DNA from: a virus
Strand: one strand, 5' to 3'
Virus record (IMG/VR): IMGVR_UViG_3300025071_000006
Span: 33,208 to 97,207 of that record
Length of the DNA stretch: 64,000 nucleotides
How positions within the stretch are numbered: position 1 is the first letter of the stretch; each line of letters opens with the position of its first letter. Shown piece by piece: positions 26,079 through 35,835 of the stretch. The notes under the pieces are model-generated. The model did not search any database. It was not told where the DNA came from and saw only the letters and a list, made by a program, of their open reading frames with translations. A program made the position numbers and the translations under genes.

Positions 26079-26807
26079 ATGGCAACATTAAGAAAATTAG
26101 TTTCAGACGTGCGATCAATGCACAAGATTTTATCAACGGATGCACTTATAACAGATCGAGCAATCGCTTCTGAGGTTAAGAATACTGCTCAATTGTTAAT
26201 TAAAAGAGAAACTAACTTAAGAAAGCTATGGGCAAGTGATACATTGTTTACTACAATACCTTGTTTAGAGATGAAGGAAGTACCTATCTCTGAATGTTGT
26301 GAGTATGCAGACGAGTGTAGTGTGTCACGAACAGTATTTAAGTTGCCTAGGATCTCCGAAGGTAACTATCAGTATGTAATTCAAGGTGTATATTCTATAG
26401 ATGCCATGGGTGGAAGAGGTACTAAATTAAAAGAAATAACAATCAATAGATATATTAATCTATTAAAACTACCTATAATAAAAAATGATTATTACTTCTG
26501 GATATCTAGTGGGTATCTTTATGTAAATAATCCTTTATTAAAAGCAATAAGGTTAACAGCATTCTTTGAAGAAGATGTACCTAACGAGATCATGTATCCA
26601 GAATGTGGATGTGGAAGTCCTGAATATACAGATGAAGAGTATTGTAAAAATCCTTTAGACAAGGAATATGCATTACCTGGTTATTTAGAACAACAAGCAT
26701 TATCATTAACTTCTCAAAAGTTATTGTCAACATATTTCCAAATTAAGGATGATATGAGTAATGAAGGCATAGATGGACAAGCTCCAAATGCTCAACCTAC
26801 AAACTAG
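26079..26807 (+). CDS. Tail ring/tubular protein
   Basis: 242 aa; C-terminal YALPGYLEQQAL...DDMSNEG pattern and position in tail module. Confidence 0.55.
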   Translation: MATLRKLVSDVRSMHKILSTDALITDRAIASEVKNTAQLLIKRETNLRKLWASDTLFTTIPCLEMKEVPISECCEYADECSVSRTVFKLPRISEGNYQYVIQGVYSIDAMGGRGTKLKEITINRYINLLKLPIIKNDYYFWISSGYLYVNNPLLKAIRLTAFFEEDVPNEIMYPECGCGSPEYTDEEYCKNPLDKEYALPGYLEQQALSLTSQKLLSTYFQIKDDMSNEGIDGQAPNAQPTN

Positions 26808-26815
26808 AACTATAT

Positions 26816-27295
26816 ATGTCAAGAGTAGCAGTTGACTGGAGAAGTGCAAGTAAAAATAATTACGAAGACTTCTGTAAAAAGAACCCTTTGATATCTCTTA
26901 CTTTTGATGAGTGGAGAAATATTCTGTATGCATTTAATGAATCATTCAAATACTACATTTTAGAGACAGGAGAGAAAGAAAAATTACCTACTGGGTTTGG
27001 AGAGTTTTCTATTAACAAAAAGAAAAGAAGAAGAACTAAAGGAATTGACGGTAAGGAATTTGTAAATCTTCCTATTGATTGGCAGAAAACTAAACAGAAA
27101 GGAAAGGTTATATATAACTTTAACTATCACACAGAAGGATACTTCTTTGGTTGGATGTGGTTTAAACAAAGTGCTAGATTTAGAAATTCTGATCTATGGT
27201 ACTTTAAACCTTCTAGAAGAACTTCAAGAGATCTTTCTCACTACTTAAAAGCAGACAATAAATACCAACACATATACCATGAATGGAAAAAATAA
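26816..27295 (+). CDS. IHF/HU-like protein of tail module
   Basis: KLPTGFGEFSINKKK beta-arm motif; crAss-like phages carry IHF-like genes among tail genes. Confidence 0.65.
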   Translation: MSRVAVDWRSASKNNYEDFCKKNPLISLTFDEWRNILYAFNESFKYYILETGEKEKLPTGFGEFSINKKKRRRTKGIDGKEFVNLPIDWQKTKQKGKVIYNFNYHTEGYFFGWMWFKQSARFRNSDLWYFKPSRRTSRDLSHYLKADNKYQHIYHEWKK

Positions 27296-27298
27296 CTT

Positions 27299-28303
27299 AT
27301 GTCATACTATTATAAATACGATTTTGTATCCCCAGAACCATTATATGCAACAGTAAAAGAAGAACTTAAAAGTTATTTTGATACTGGAGCTGTAGATGAT
27401 TTATTATTCCCTACCTACCTAGATAAGTGTCTTAGGAAGATGGGTAGGACTACATTTCAAATTACTACTGAGATTTTATTTGTGGACGACTTTCAAGCAA
27501 GACTTCCTGATAACTTTTATGCAGTAAGAGAAGCATGGATGTGTGCAGTAGTGCAAGGAAATCCTTATCCTGCAGCATCTTCTTTATATACTCAAGCAGT
27601 TAACGCTACTACTATTCAAGTAGCTCCTCTAACAATAGGAGGAACTCCTTGTGATAATCCATCATGTCAACATCCTAGTTGTGATGGTACATGTATGCCT
27701 ACAGTAGTACAAGCTGTATATAAAACAAATAGTGAAATTCCTAGATCCTGGAGACGTTCTTATTTATTAAAGCCAGGAAATATATCTGCACGTAAAAGTT
27801 GTAATTTATCCTATACTAATTCTTGGTCACAATTTAACCAATTAACTTTAGCAGGTCGTGAGTTTACACCTGGTGCTTCTTCTTTTGACTCTTTTGATAT
27901 CAGAGATAATAACTTCGTAACAAATTTTAGATCAGGAACAGTACATCTAGTATTTTATGCAACAGACTATGATAAAATAGGCAATCAATTAATACCTGAT
28001 AACTTTCGTGTTAGAGAATACATTGAAGCATTTATTAAATTTAAAGTATTTGAAACTCTTACAAATCAAACAGTAGACGAAACATTCAATCAACTACAGA
28101 CTAAACTTATGTATCATAAACAAGTAATGGATGAAGCCTGGGTAATGGCAGAAACAGAACTTAAAAAAGAAACAGTTTATCAAAAGCAAAGAAAAATTAT
28201 TACTGACTTAAATCGTTTTAACCAATATGAACTTCCAGATGCAAAATCTCAAGTATCAGGTAGATATTCAAATAGACGTTGGAGACGTAATGGTTTTAAT
28301 TAA
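27299..28303 (+). CDS. Tail ring/tubular protein (P22 gp4-like position)
   Basis: 334 aa immediately upstream of the muzzle gene; C-terminal helical segment; Cys-rich internal loop. Confidence 0.55.
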   Translation: MSYYYKYDFVSPEPLYATVKEELKSYFDTGAVDDLLFPTYLDKCLRKMGRTTFQITTEILFVDDFQARLPDNFYAVREAWMCAVVQGNPYPAASSLYTQAVNATTIQVAPLTIGGTPCDNPSCQHPSCDGTCMPTVVQAVYKTNSEIPRSWRRSYLLKPGNISARKSCNLSYTNSWSQFNQLTLAGREFTPGASSFDSFDIRDNNFVTNFRSGTVHLVFYATDYDKIGNQLIPDNFRVREYIEAFIKFKVFETLTNQTVDETFNQLQTKLMYHKQVMDEAWVMAETELKKETVYQKQRKIITDLNRFNQYELPDAKSQVSGRYSNRRWRRNGFN

Positions 28304-28308
28304 TATAT

Positions 28309-31300
28309 ATGGCTACTAGAAAAGAAATGGATGACTCTGCTTCAGGCTTAACTGCAGCTAAGAAGAAAGCTGCAGAAGCTAAGAAGATGGAATCTGCTCA
28401 GAAAGGTCAAGTGAGAATGGAGTTTAATCAAGCTCAGTCTGGACTTAATATGGACAGTACAATTAACCAGGTGAAAACAGGGAACCTTACCTATGCTTTA
28501 AATGCAACGGTTGAGAACTTTGATTCTAGTTCTATTAATTATCAAAATGAACCTGGTAATGAGCCTTGTCTTAGTTTTCCTGATGGTTATGAACTTATAG
28601 GAAAGCATACTATTCCTGAGAAAAAGAAAAACATATTCTTTTTAGTAAACCCTTTAACTGGTGGAAGTGAAATTGGCTTCATGTTTAATAATGATTGTCA
28701 GTATCGCACGCTAATCAATGCTCCATGTTTAAACTTTAGTGTTGATCACCCTATACCAAAGGTAGTACATAAAATAACAAACTGTACCACAGAGATATAT
28801 TGGACTGATGGATTTAATGCTAGAAGATATTTAAATGTAGAAACAGACGAGAACTTAGAACCAATTGGTCTTCCTTATACATTAATTTCTGGAAGTCCTA
28901 ATTGTGATCCTGTATATAGTGATATATTAGACTGTAATCAACTAAAGATACAGCCTAACTTTGACATACCTTTTTTAGATGTTAATGAAGTAACTAATGT
29001 AGGATCATTAGAAGCTGGAATGTATCAGTTTGCTATTCAATACTCTGATGCTACAGGTAATGATTTAACATCTTATTATTCAGTAACCAACCCTTGTCCT
29101 ATTGCTGATCCTCTTATAACAACAGTAAACTTTAACTATCCAGTAGGTAAATCTATTATAGTAAAAGTATCTAATTTAGATATATCAGGACAATTTAATT
29201 ACTTCAACTTAGCAGTAATTAAAACTATAAATAATATTACTTCAGTAGAACTAGTAGGTGTTTATAACATTACAGAAACTACAGAAGATATAACCTATAC
29301 AGGAGCAGATCAGACAGCTATAAGATTATCAATAAATGATATATTTGAAAAGTATCCTTATTATGATATTGCTAAAGATTTAACATCAGTTCAAGATGTA
29401 TTAGTATGGGATAATTTAACATCTATAGATAGAATCAACTATCAACAGATTGCTAATGATATAACCTTACAATGGGAAACTCATAGATTACCTGCTGATG
29501 AAAATTATGCTGATGAAGAGAATGCTACAAACTTACGTGGATATATGCGTGATGAAGTGTATGCTTTTGAAATAGTATTTCTTCTTAAGAATGGAAAACA
29601 AACAGATTCTTTTCATATCCCAGGTCCTAACAATCTTAATGTACAACCTGACATACCCAACACTAATGATGATTTTATAGGTGAGCCAGATTACTTTCAA
29701 AACGGTATAGGATATAGTCCATATTGGAAGATATATAACAATGCTATAAATCTAGGTTTCTCACCTGGCTATCTTTCTACTGAAAGCTACAAAGGACCTT
29801 ATGAGTTTGGAGAGTTTGCATACTGGGAGTCTACTGAAAAGTATCCTTGTAATAAAGATGTATGGGGTAATTTAGCAGATCAACCTATTAGACATCATAA
29901 ATTTCCAGATGTATTAATTAGTCCCATTATAGAAAGTCCTGTTATTACTTATGACGGAAACAATATGGTTCCTGTTATGCAAGATAGTAATCCAGTATTC
30001 CCTATGGGAGTAAAGATTAATGACAATCAAATTTCAAACTTAATATTAACTTCTGATTTAACACAAGATCAAAAAGATGATATTGTAGGATTTAAAATAG
30101 TTAGAGGAGATCGTGGTACAAATCGTTCAATTATAGCTAAAGGTATACTTAGAAATGTAAACTCTTATATAAGACAAGATCAAGAGTACTACTATCCTAA
30201 CTATCCATACAATCAAATTTCTGGAGAAGACTCATTTCTACAAGAGAATAACAATGCTTGGAATTATAAATCTAAAGCATGGCTTGTATATATGCCAGAT
30301 TCTGCATCAACTGCTCTTCCAGGAGTAGATCTTAACATAGTAGTAAATAGTGAGGATGGTGTATTTTCATATACCAGTGTCACTAATGGAAGACCTACAG
30401 AGGCAGTTATTAAACCTAATTGTATTATAGAAGTATGTTCTATTACAAGACCTGTAGCTCTTAAAGGAGTAATGACTATAGGTCCTGGAGATTATGATAT
30501 ATGGAAATGCTTTCATGATAGTGGTGCATATTGTGGTTGGAGATCAGTAACTCAAAATCCTTTTAATAATATAAACTTTGATGGAACTCTTGTTGGAAAA
30601 AAATGGTGGGCTGCATATTTCTTACCATTTCTTACTGATAAAACAGGTACTGTAATAACTGATTTTGATCCTGACTTTGATTATGATGGTCAATTTAATG
30701 AAGATGCTGGAGGTCATGCTTTTAGACCAGGTATTGAAACTAAACAGTGTGTATCAATTAATGGAAGTAATGGTCGTAGACCTATGTTAAAACTAGCACC
30801 TCTTGGTAATAATGGAGTTTGTGTAAATGAAGATGGAACTAATGCTGCTAATGGTAATTATTCTCCAGGTTGTTTTTCAAACCAATGTACTGAAGGTCCT
30901 AATGGAGAGGCATGTCAATGTTGTATTGATACAGTTAATGGTGAACCCTCTGGTTTTGGAGAACCTACTAATCCTCTTCCTGCAGTAGTACCTAATCCTG
31001 ATGATTCGACAAATACTTTTACTCCTCAAACAGCTTTGGAAGATGGTGGAAGTGCTTCTCTTAGTGGTACAAATAGTCGTCAAGGAAGAAGGTCTTGTTT
31101 AAATTGTGATAAAGATACACCTATTACACCTTTGGATGGTCCTGATGCTGAAAGAGCAAAAGATATTTTAGATAAATTAATATTTAATTCTCCTGACACA
31201 TCCTTTGGGCAGCCATTTTTAGGTGGTGTACTAAAATTAGAAAGTGTCATGGCTGGAGCTGGGAAGGCTCATTTTGTAGAAGTTAAAGACAACGCTAAGT

Positions 31301-34300
31301 ATAAACTTCTAACTAAAGAGGCTCAACAAGATGCTTTAGATAGTTCAGAAAGAGTAGCTAACATGGGAGCTGAATGGAATGCTGGTGTAATGTTTACAGT
31401 ATACCAATCCTATCTTACTATATACATAAATGGTATAACAAGAAAGAACTATGCAATGTCTTTCAACTCAAGAGCAAATTATGATTATTCTTTTCCTATT
31501 GACAATAATGTTAGCAGTGGTATCAAACAAAGAGAGATAGAGCTTGCAAGGTATTTAATACCAGGAGTTCAATCATTTAATAATAATGATGCCCCTATAA
31601 ATAACTGGAATAGAGAATCATCAGTATATATTAAAACTAAAACTAATGACAATTTATTAGCATTACCTATTCCACAAGATACAAATAGTTTAGCGGCTTC
31701 AGATGGAACTTCTAGTATGGTAGAGTATTCAAGATTTGCTATAGGAGATAGTGGTGCTTGTAGTACTCCTGAAAGAGAACAAGACATAAAGGTGGTTTCC
31801 TATTATGCTTCTATGAAAAATATTATACCTAATCAGTGGGGTCAAATAAATTCATTTAAAAGAATAGATACAGGATATCAAAAACTATTAAATTCATCTG
31901 ATAGTGATACTATATTTGGTGGTGATGTATTTATATCTAGATTTACATTTAAAACTAAACTACCATTCTTTATAGATAATAGAGTAGAAGCACCTGATGA
32001 TTCAGACATATTCTTTGATGAGTTAGGTAATGTAGCTTATCCTAAATATTGGCATTCTGCTAGATCTATACTGAGTAATTACACAGTAACTAAAGGTGAG
32101 GATGCTCCTCAAAATATGTTTAACCTTATTTCTACTAAGGCTAATAATTTTGATTGTCCTAGCGATCCTTCTTTATATGATGCAAATACAGATAATCCTA
32201 TTGCAGGTACATACAGAACATTTTATAATGGTTACATGTATTTATGGGCTTATGGTGTTCCTAACTTCTATTGTGAAAGTGTATATAATACAGATTTAAG
32301 ACAGGCTTTTAATACTAAAGAAGGAGACTTTTGGCCTCATGTAAGTAGTGGTATTCCAGACGAGTGGTTTCAAGAAGTAAATGTTCCAATTGCTCAAGAT
32401 AATACTTATTACTATAATGTAACTTACTCTAAACAAAACAAAGAGAATTCATTTAGTCAACTTCCTCCAGATTGGAGAGAGGAATTATGTTTTACATTTT
32501 TCCCATTTAGAGCAATTTACTCTGACTCACAATCAGATACTCCTGATAATAGAGTAAACAATTGGCTAGTGTATAGGGCTCTTAATTTATTTGACTTTCC
32601 ACAAAACTATGGTGATCTTATATCATTAGATGGTATTCAAGATAAGGCAGTATTAGCACGATTTGAAAACAAAGCTTTATTATATAATAAGCTTTTAACT
32701 ATTGACACTAGTAATCCACAAGCAGCTTACATAGGTAATCCTAAAATGTTTTCTAGTTCTCCTCCGATAGATTTTGCAGAAACAGATCTTGGGTATGTAG
32801 GATCTCAACACAAGTTTTTACTTAAACTACCATACGGTCAGATTACTGCAGATGCAAAAAGAGGACAGTTATTTCTTATTAGTGGAAATAAAGCTGTAGA
32901 TATAACAGGATTTGGATCAGGAGTAAACAGATTTATGACAAACAGTTTACCTTTTGAGATATTAGAATACTTCCCAGAAGTAAACATAGATAATAACTTT
33001 ACAGGATTTGGACTACACGGAGTATATGATAGTAAGTTTGATAGAATTATTATTACAAAACTAGATTATATTCCTATAAACTCTTTGATTTATTTTGATA
33101 TAGTTACACAAAACTTTTATCTGCCATCTTTATTAAATAATGGAATAGATCAACAAATATTCTTAAGTGATACGAAATACTTTTGTAATAAGTCTTGGAC
33201 TATGTCATTTGATTTTAGTACAAAAAGCTGGATATCGTTTCATAGTTATTTACCAAACTTTTATATAGGAGAAAATAACTTCTACTATTCAGGAATTAAT
33301 GGATGCTGTACAAACTTTACTGCTATTCTTGATACTCCAGATAGAAGTAGAATTGATAAAGAAGAACCTAATTTGGAAATGATGGTAGGAGTACTAGATG
33401 CAGTTGTTCTTATAACAACAAGTACAACAACTACTACTTCTCCTTTATTTACAACTACCACTACAATATATACACCGGATTGTAATTTTAATATATCATT
33501 AACAGAAGAGTTGAGTTGTGATATAGATGGTGTAGGATACATAACAGTACCTACTCCTACTACTACAACTTTGTGTGTAAGACCTACTCCTTTAACTACT
33601 TCAACCTTTGTAGAAGGATATCAAATAAAAGGTACAACTTCACCAGTAGTAGGAACAGCTACTGCACAAGAAGCATGTAGTGTAGCTGCATTTTCATTTA
33701 ATGATACAAGTACAGAAATTGTACCTATCACTTTTAATTATCAATATCGTGTACTAGATAATTCTACTAGTATACTTAACTCTCAAGTCTATTTAGGAAT
33801 AAGTCAAGACTGTACTATAGTTCCTGATGGTTGGTATAGTGTTCAATATGAGACTGGAACAGTATTCTATGTAGAAAATGGATTTGTAAAAATAGAACAA
33901 CCATGTAATTGTAATACTCTTACAACTACTACAACTGTATATGCAGGAGCATTTGATCAATGTTGCACATGGTTAATGAATGATGACAATGGAACTGTTA
34001 ATATATATAAAGAAAATATACCAGATATGAATGGTATTCCAGTTACAATTCCTAACTATACTTCTGGTAAGTTAGCAATTGGACCGAGTACTTTATATGG
34101 AGTTTCACCAGGTTTTAATACTACATTTAAGAAATGGAAGATTACAACAAACCCATGGACTGTAGAGGTAGCTTCAGATTTAACAATAGCTGATAATTCC
34201 TTTGGTACAACGGCTGGGATAGTAGTTAAAGATGACAATACACTAATTGCAATAGATACATCTCAAGGATATATAGTAGAAATAGACGCATCAACTGGAA

Positions 34301-34959
34301 TCCCTTCACAGAAAATTCTAGTGGGAGGTAATTATACATACTCAACTAACTTATTATATACTAAAACAGGTAAATTAATAACAATAGGAAAAAATACTGC
34401 GTCAGGAAACTTTCATTATTTCCAGTGGGATTATGATAATGAAGTTGCAAATCCAGAAATAAATACTGAGATAATTAATTCAGAATTTGTAAGTTGTAGA
34501 GCGATTATGTCATGTGATTGTGAGATCACTATTGTGGCAGAAGGTTCTACTTGTGAGAATTATTTATTCCAAGTAGAAACAGCCTCTCCTTTTAGAGTGG
34601 TAGGAATAGGATGTTTAGACTATGTAGCAAACCCACCTACCTTAGATGATGTCACACCTATATGGAGTAAACTTAATATTACAAATGTAACTCAGCAAGC
34701 ATCTTGTGTTACTAAAGGCACAGATCAATTTGGAACAACAACTACTACAACCACTGCACCTGCAACTACTACTACCACAACATCAATATATCCATGTTAC
34801 GGATATGAAGTAGTAGGACCTCAAGTAGTGTGGTATCCTAACTGTGTAGGAGATGATCAATCAATATCTGTACCTACAGGAGAAACTTTACAGTTCTGTT
34901 CTTCAGATAATACTATAACTGGTACAGGTATAACTTTATTAGGAGCATGTCCTTTATAA
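28309..34959 (+). CDS. Tail stabilization/muzzle protein with insertions and Thr-linked C-terminal extension, 2216 aa
   Basis: IYWTDGFNARRY, YQFAIQY, GYMRDEVYAF, IFGGDVFISRF, WISFHSYLPNFY patterns as recalled for crAss-like stabilization proteins; position. Confidence 0.75.
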   Translation: MATRKEMDDSASGLTAAKKKAAEAKKMESAQKGQVRMEFNQAQSGLNMDSTINQVKTGNLTYALNATVENFDSSSINYQNEPGNEPCLSFPDGYELIGKHTIPEKKKNIFFLVNPLTGGSEIGFMFNNDCQYRTLINAPCLNFSVDHPIPKVVHKITNCTTEIYWTDGFNARRYLNVETDENLEPIGLPYTLISGSPNCDPVYSDILDCNQLKIQPNFDIPFLDVNEVTNVGSLEAGMYQFAIQYSDATGNDLTSYYSVTNPCPIADPLITTVNFNYPVGKSIIVKVSNLDISGQFNYFNLAVIKTINNITSVELVGVYNITETTEDITYTGADQTAIRLSINDIFEKYPYYDIAKDLTSVQDVLVWDNLTSIDRINYQQIANDITLQWETHRLPADENYADEENATNLRGYMRDEVYAFEIVFLLKNGKQTDSFHIPGPNNLNVQPDIPNTNDDFIGEPDYFQNGIGYSPYWKIYNNAINLGFSPGYLSTESYKGPYEFGEFAYWESTEKYPCNKDVWGNLADQPIRHHKFPDVLISPIIESPVITYDGNNMVPVMQDSNPVFPMGVKINDNQISNLILTSDLTQDQKDDIVGFKIVRGDRGTNRSIIAKGILRNVNSYIRQDQEYYYPNYPYNQISGEDSFLQENNNAWNYKSKAWLVYMPDSASTALPGVDLNIVVNSEDGVFSYTSVTNGRPTEAVIKPNCIIEVCSITRPVALKGVMTIGPGDYDIWKCFHDSGAYCGWRSVTQNPFNNINFDGTLVGKKWWAAYFLPFLTDKTGTVITDFDPDFDYDGQFNEDAGGHAFRPGIETKQCVSINGSNGRRPMLKLAPLGNNGVCVNEDGTNAANGNYSPGCFSNQCTEGPNGEACQCCIDTVNGEPSGFGEPTNPLPAVVPNPDDSTNTFTPQTALEDGGSASLSGTNSRQGRRSCLNCDKDTPITPLDGPDAERAKDILDKLIFNSPDTSFGQPFLGGVLKLESVMAGAGKAHFVEVKDNAKYKLLTKEAQQDALDSSERVANMGAEWNAGVMFTVYQSYLTIYINGITRKNYAMSFNSRANYDYSFPIDNNVSSGIKQREIELARYLIPGVQSFNNNDAPINNWNRESSVYIKTKTNDNLLALPIPQDTNSLAASDGTSSMVEYSRFAIGDSGACSTPEREQDIKVVSYYASMKNIIPNQWGQINSFKRIDTGYQKLLNSSDSDTIFGGDVFISRFTFKTKLPFFIDNRVEAPDDSDIFFDELGNVAYPKYWHSARSILSNYTVTKGEDAPQNMFNLISTKANNFDCPSDPSLYDANTDNPIAGTYRTFYNGYMYLWAYGVPNFYCESVYNTDLRQAFNTKEGDFWPHVSSGIPDEWFQEVNVPIAQDNTYYYNVTYSKQNKENSFSQLPPDWREELCFTFFPFRAIYSDSQSDTPDNRVNNWLVYRALNLFDFPQNYGDLISLDGIQDKAVLARFENKALLYNKLLTIDTSNPQAAYIGNPKMFSSSPPIDFAETDLGYVGSQHKFLLKLPYGQITADAKRGQLFLISGNKAVDITGFGSGVNRFMTNSLPFEILEYFPEVNIDNNFTGFGLHGVYDSKFDRIIITKLDYIPINSLIYFDIVTQNFYLPSLLNNGIDQQIFLSDTKYFCNKSWTMSFDFSTKSWISFHSYLPNFYIGENNFYYSGINGCCTNFTAILDTPDRSRIDKEEPNLEMMVGVLDAVVLITTSTTTTTSPLFTTTTTIYTPDCNFNISLTEELSCDIDGVGYITVPTPTTTTLCVRPTPLTTSTFVEGYQIKGTTSPVVGTATAQEACSVAAFSFNDTSTEIVPITFNYQYRVLDNSTSILNSQVYLGISQDCTIVPDGWYSVQYETGTVFYVENGFVKIEQPCNCNTLTTTTTVYAGAFDQCCTWLMNDDNGTVNIYKENIPDMNGIPVTIPNYTSGKLAIGPSTLYGVSPGFNTTFKKWKITTNPWTVEVASDLTIADNSFGTTAGIVVKDDNTLIAIDTSQGYIVEIDASTGIPSQKILVGGNYTYSTNLLYTKTGKLITIGKNTASGNFHYFQWDYDNEVANPEINTEIINSEFVSCRAIMSCDCEITIVAEGSTCENYLFQVETASPFRVVGIGCLDYVANPPTLDDVTPIWSKLNITNVTQQASCVTKGTDQFGTTTTTTTAPATTTTTTSIYPCYGYEVVGPQVVWYPNCVGDDQSISVPTGETLQFCSSDNTITGTGITLLGACPL

Positions 34960-34965
34960 TTAACT

Positions 34966-35835
34966 ATGGCAACAAAAATAATAAATTTAAAAATAACGAG
35001 CTCTAGTCCTAATGTAGGACCTTTTGATGTCATTACTGATAACGGAGTTACTGTGGGAACTAATGTTTCACTAAGTGATTTTATTTCTGGTATAAGTTAT
35101 ATAGTAGATTCATCTGTAGAAGTGGTAACAATTAAGTCTAATGGTAATTGTGAATTTACAAAGAATTTTAGTGTTAAAAATATACCTAATCAAACATATA
35201 TAAATGCTAAATATACTCCAACAAGAACTGGATGTTTATGGACTCATTTAAGAAATGATACTTTATATAATTATTACTATGGAGATATAGCTCCTTATAT
35301 AATTGAGTATCCTTTTGCATATAAATATTACGATGAGATACTACAGAATGTAAAAGATTATAGTAAAGTGTATGTATACCTACCTTCTACGTTAGGATCA
35401 TTTGATTCTAATAGTAAGGTGCAAGTTGATGATAAGTATTTTAATAAAGCTGTTCTTTATAATGGTCAGCAATCTACAGGTATAATAGAACTTGTGCCTA
35501 AACCTATGAATGACTTAAGTTCATACTTACAGTATCCTATATTAAATAGTGACAGTAAGACTATTACATATGCAAAGACAGATAGTTTTTATCAATACAA
35601 TACTTTCTGGGCACTACAGAAAGATGATCAAGTACCTTTGTTTAAGACATCATGTGAATCGAAATCAATAGATAAAGTAGTTAATCAGGACAACATGAAT
35701 TATGGTGACCTATCATTTAAGAAGTCACAACTAAGAGCTAAGAATTTAAAGGTGAGACACATATTAGATAACTCTTCTATAACACATATAGTAAGTCAGT
35801 TTATTGTAACACCAGCACAAATATCATATCATTAA
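34966..35835 (+). CDS. GPF module fused to a muzzle-C-terminus-like domain, 289 aa
   Basis: N-terminal VGPFDV module, then LWTH...YNYYYG..PYIIE...FNKAVLYNGQQSTG. Confidence 0.6.
   Translation: MATKIINLKITSSSPNVGPFDVITDNGVTVGTNVSLSDFISGISYIVDSSVEVVTIKSNGNCEFTKNFSVKNIPNQTYINAKYTPTRTGCLWTHLRNDTLYNYYYGDIAPYIIEYPFAYKYYDEILQNVKDYSKVYVYLPSTLGSFDSNSKVQVDDKYFNKAVLYNGQQSTGIIELVPKPMNDLSSYLQYPILNSDSKTITYAKTDSFYQYNTFWALQKDDQVPLFKTSCESKSIDKVVNQDNMNYGDLSFKKSQLRAKNLKVRHILDNSSITHIVSQFIVTPAQISYH

Noticed and set aside
4672-26807. Possible stop-codon reassignment as in some crAss-like phages
   Set aside because: TAG (4672, 9272, 13459, 25928, 26807), TGA and TAA all end genes right before the next start, and giant ORFs are intact in code 11.
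16640-34785. ACT/ACA-rich repeats as CRISPR array, DGR or VNTR
   Set aside because: No constant repeat-spacer period, no reverse transcriptase or adenine-specific TR/VR pair seen; they are in-frame Thr linkers.
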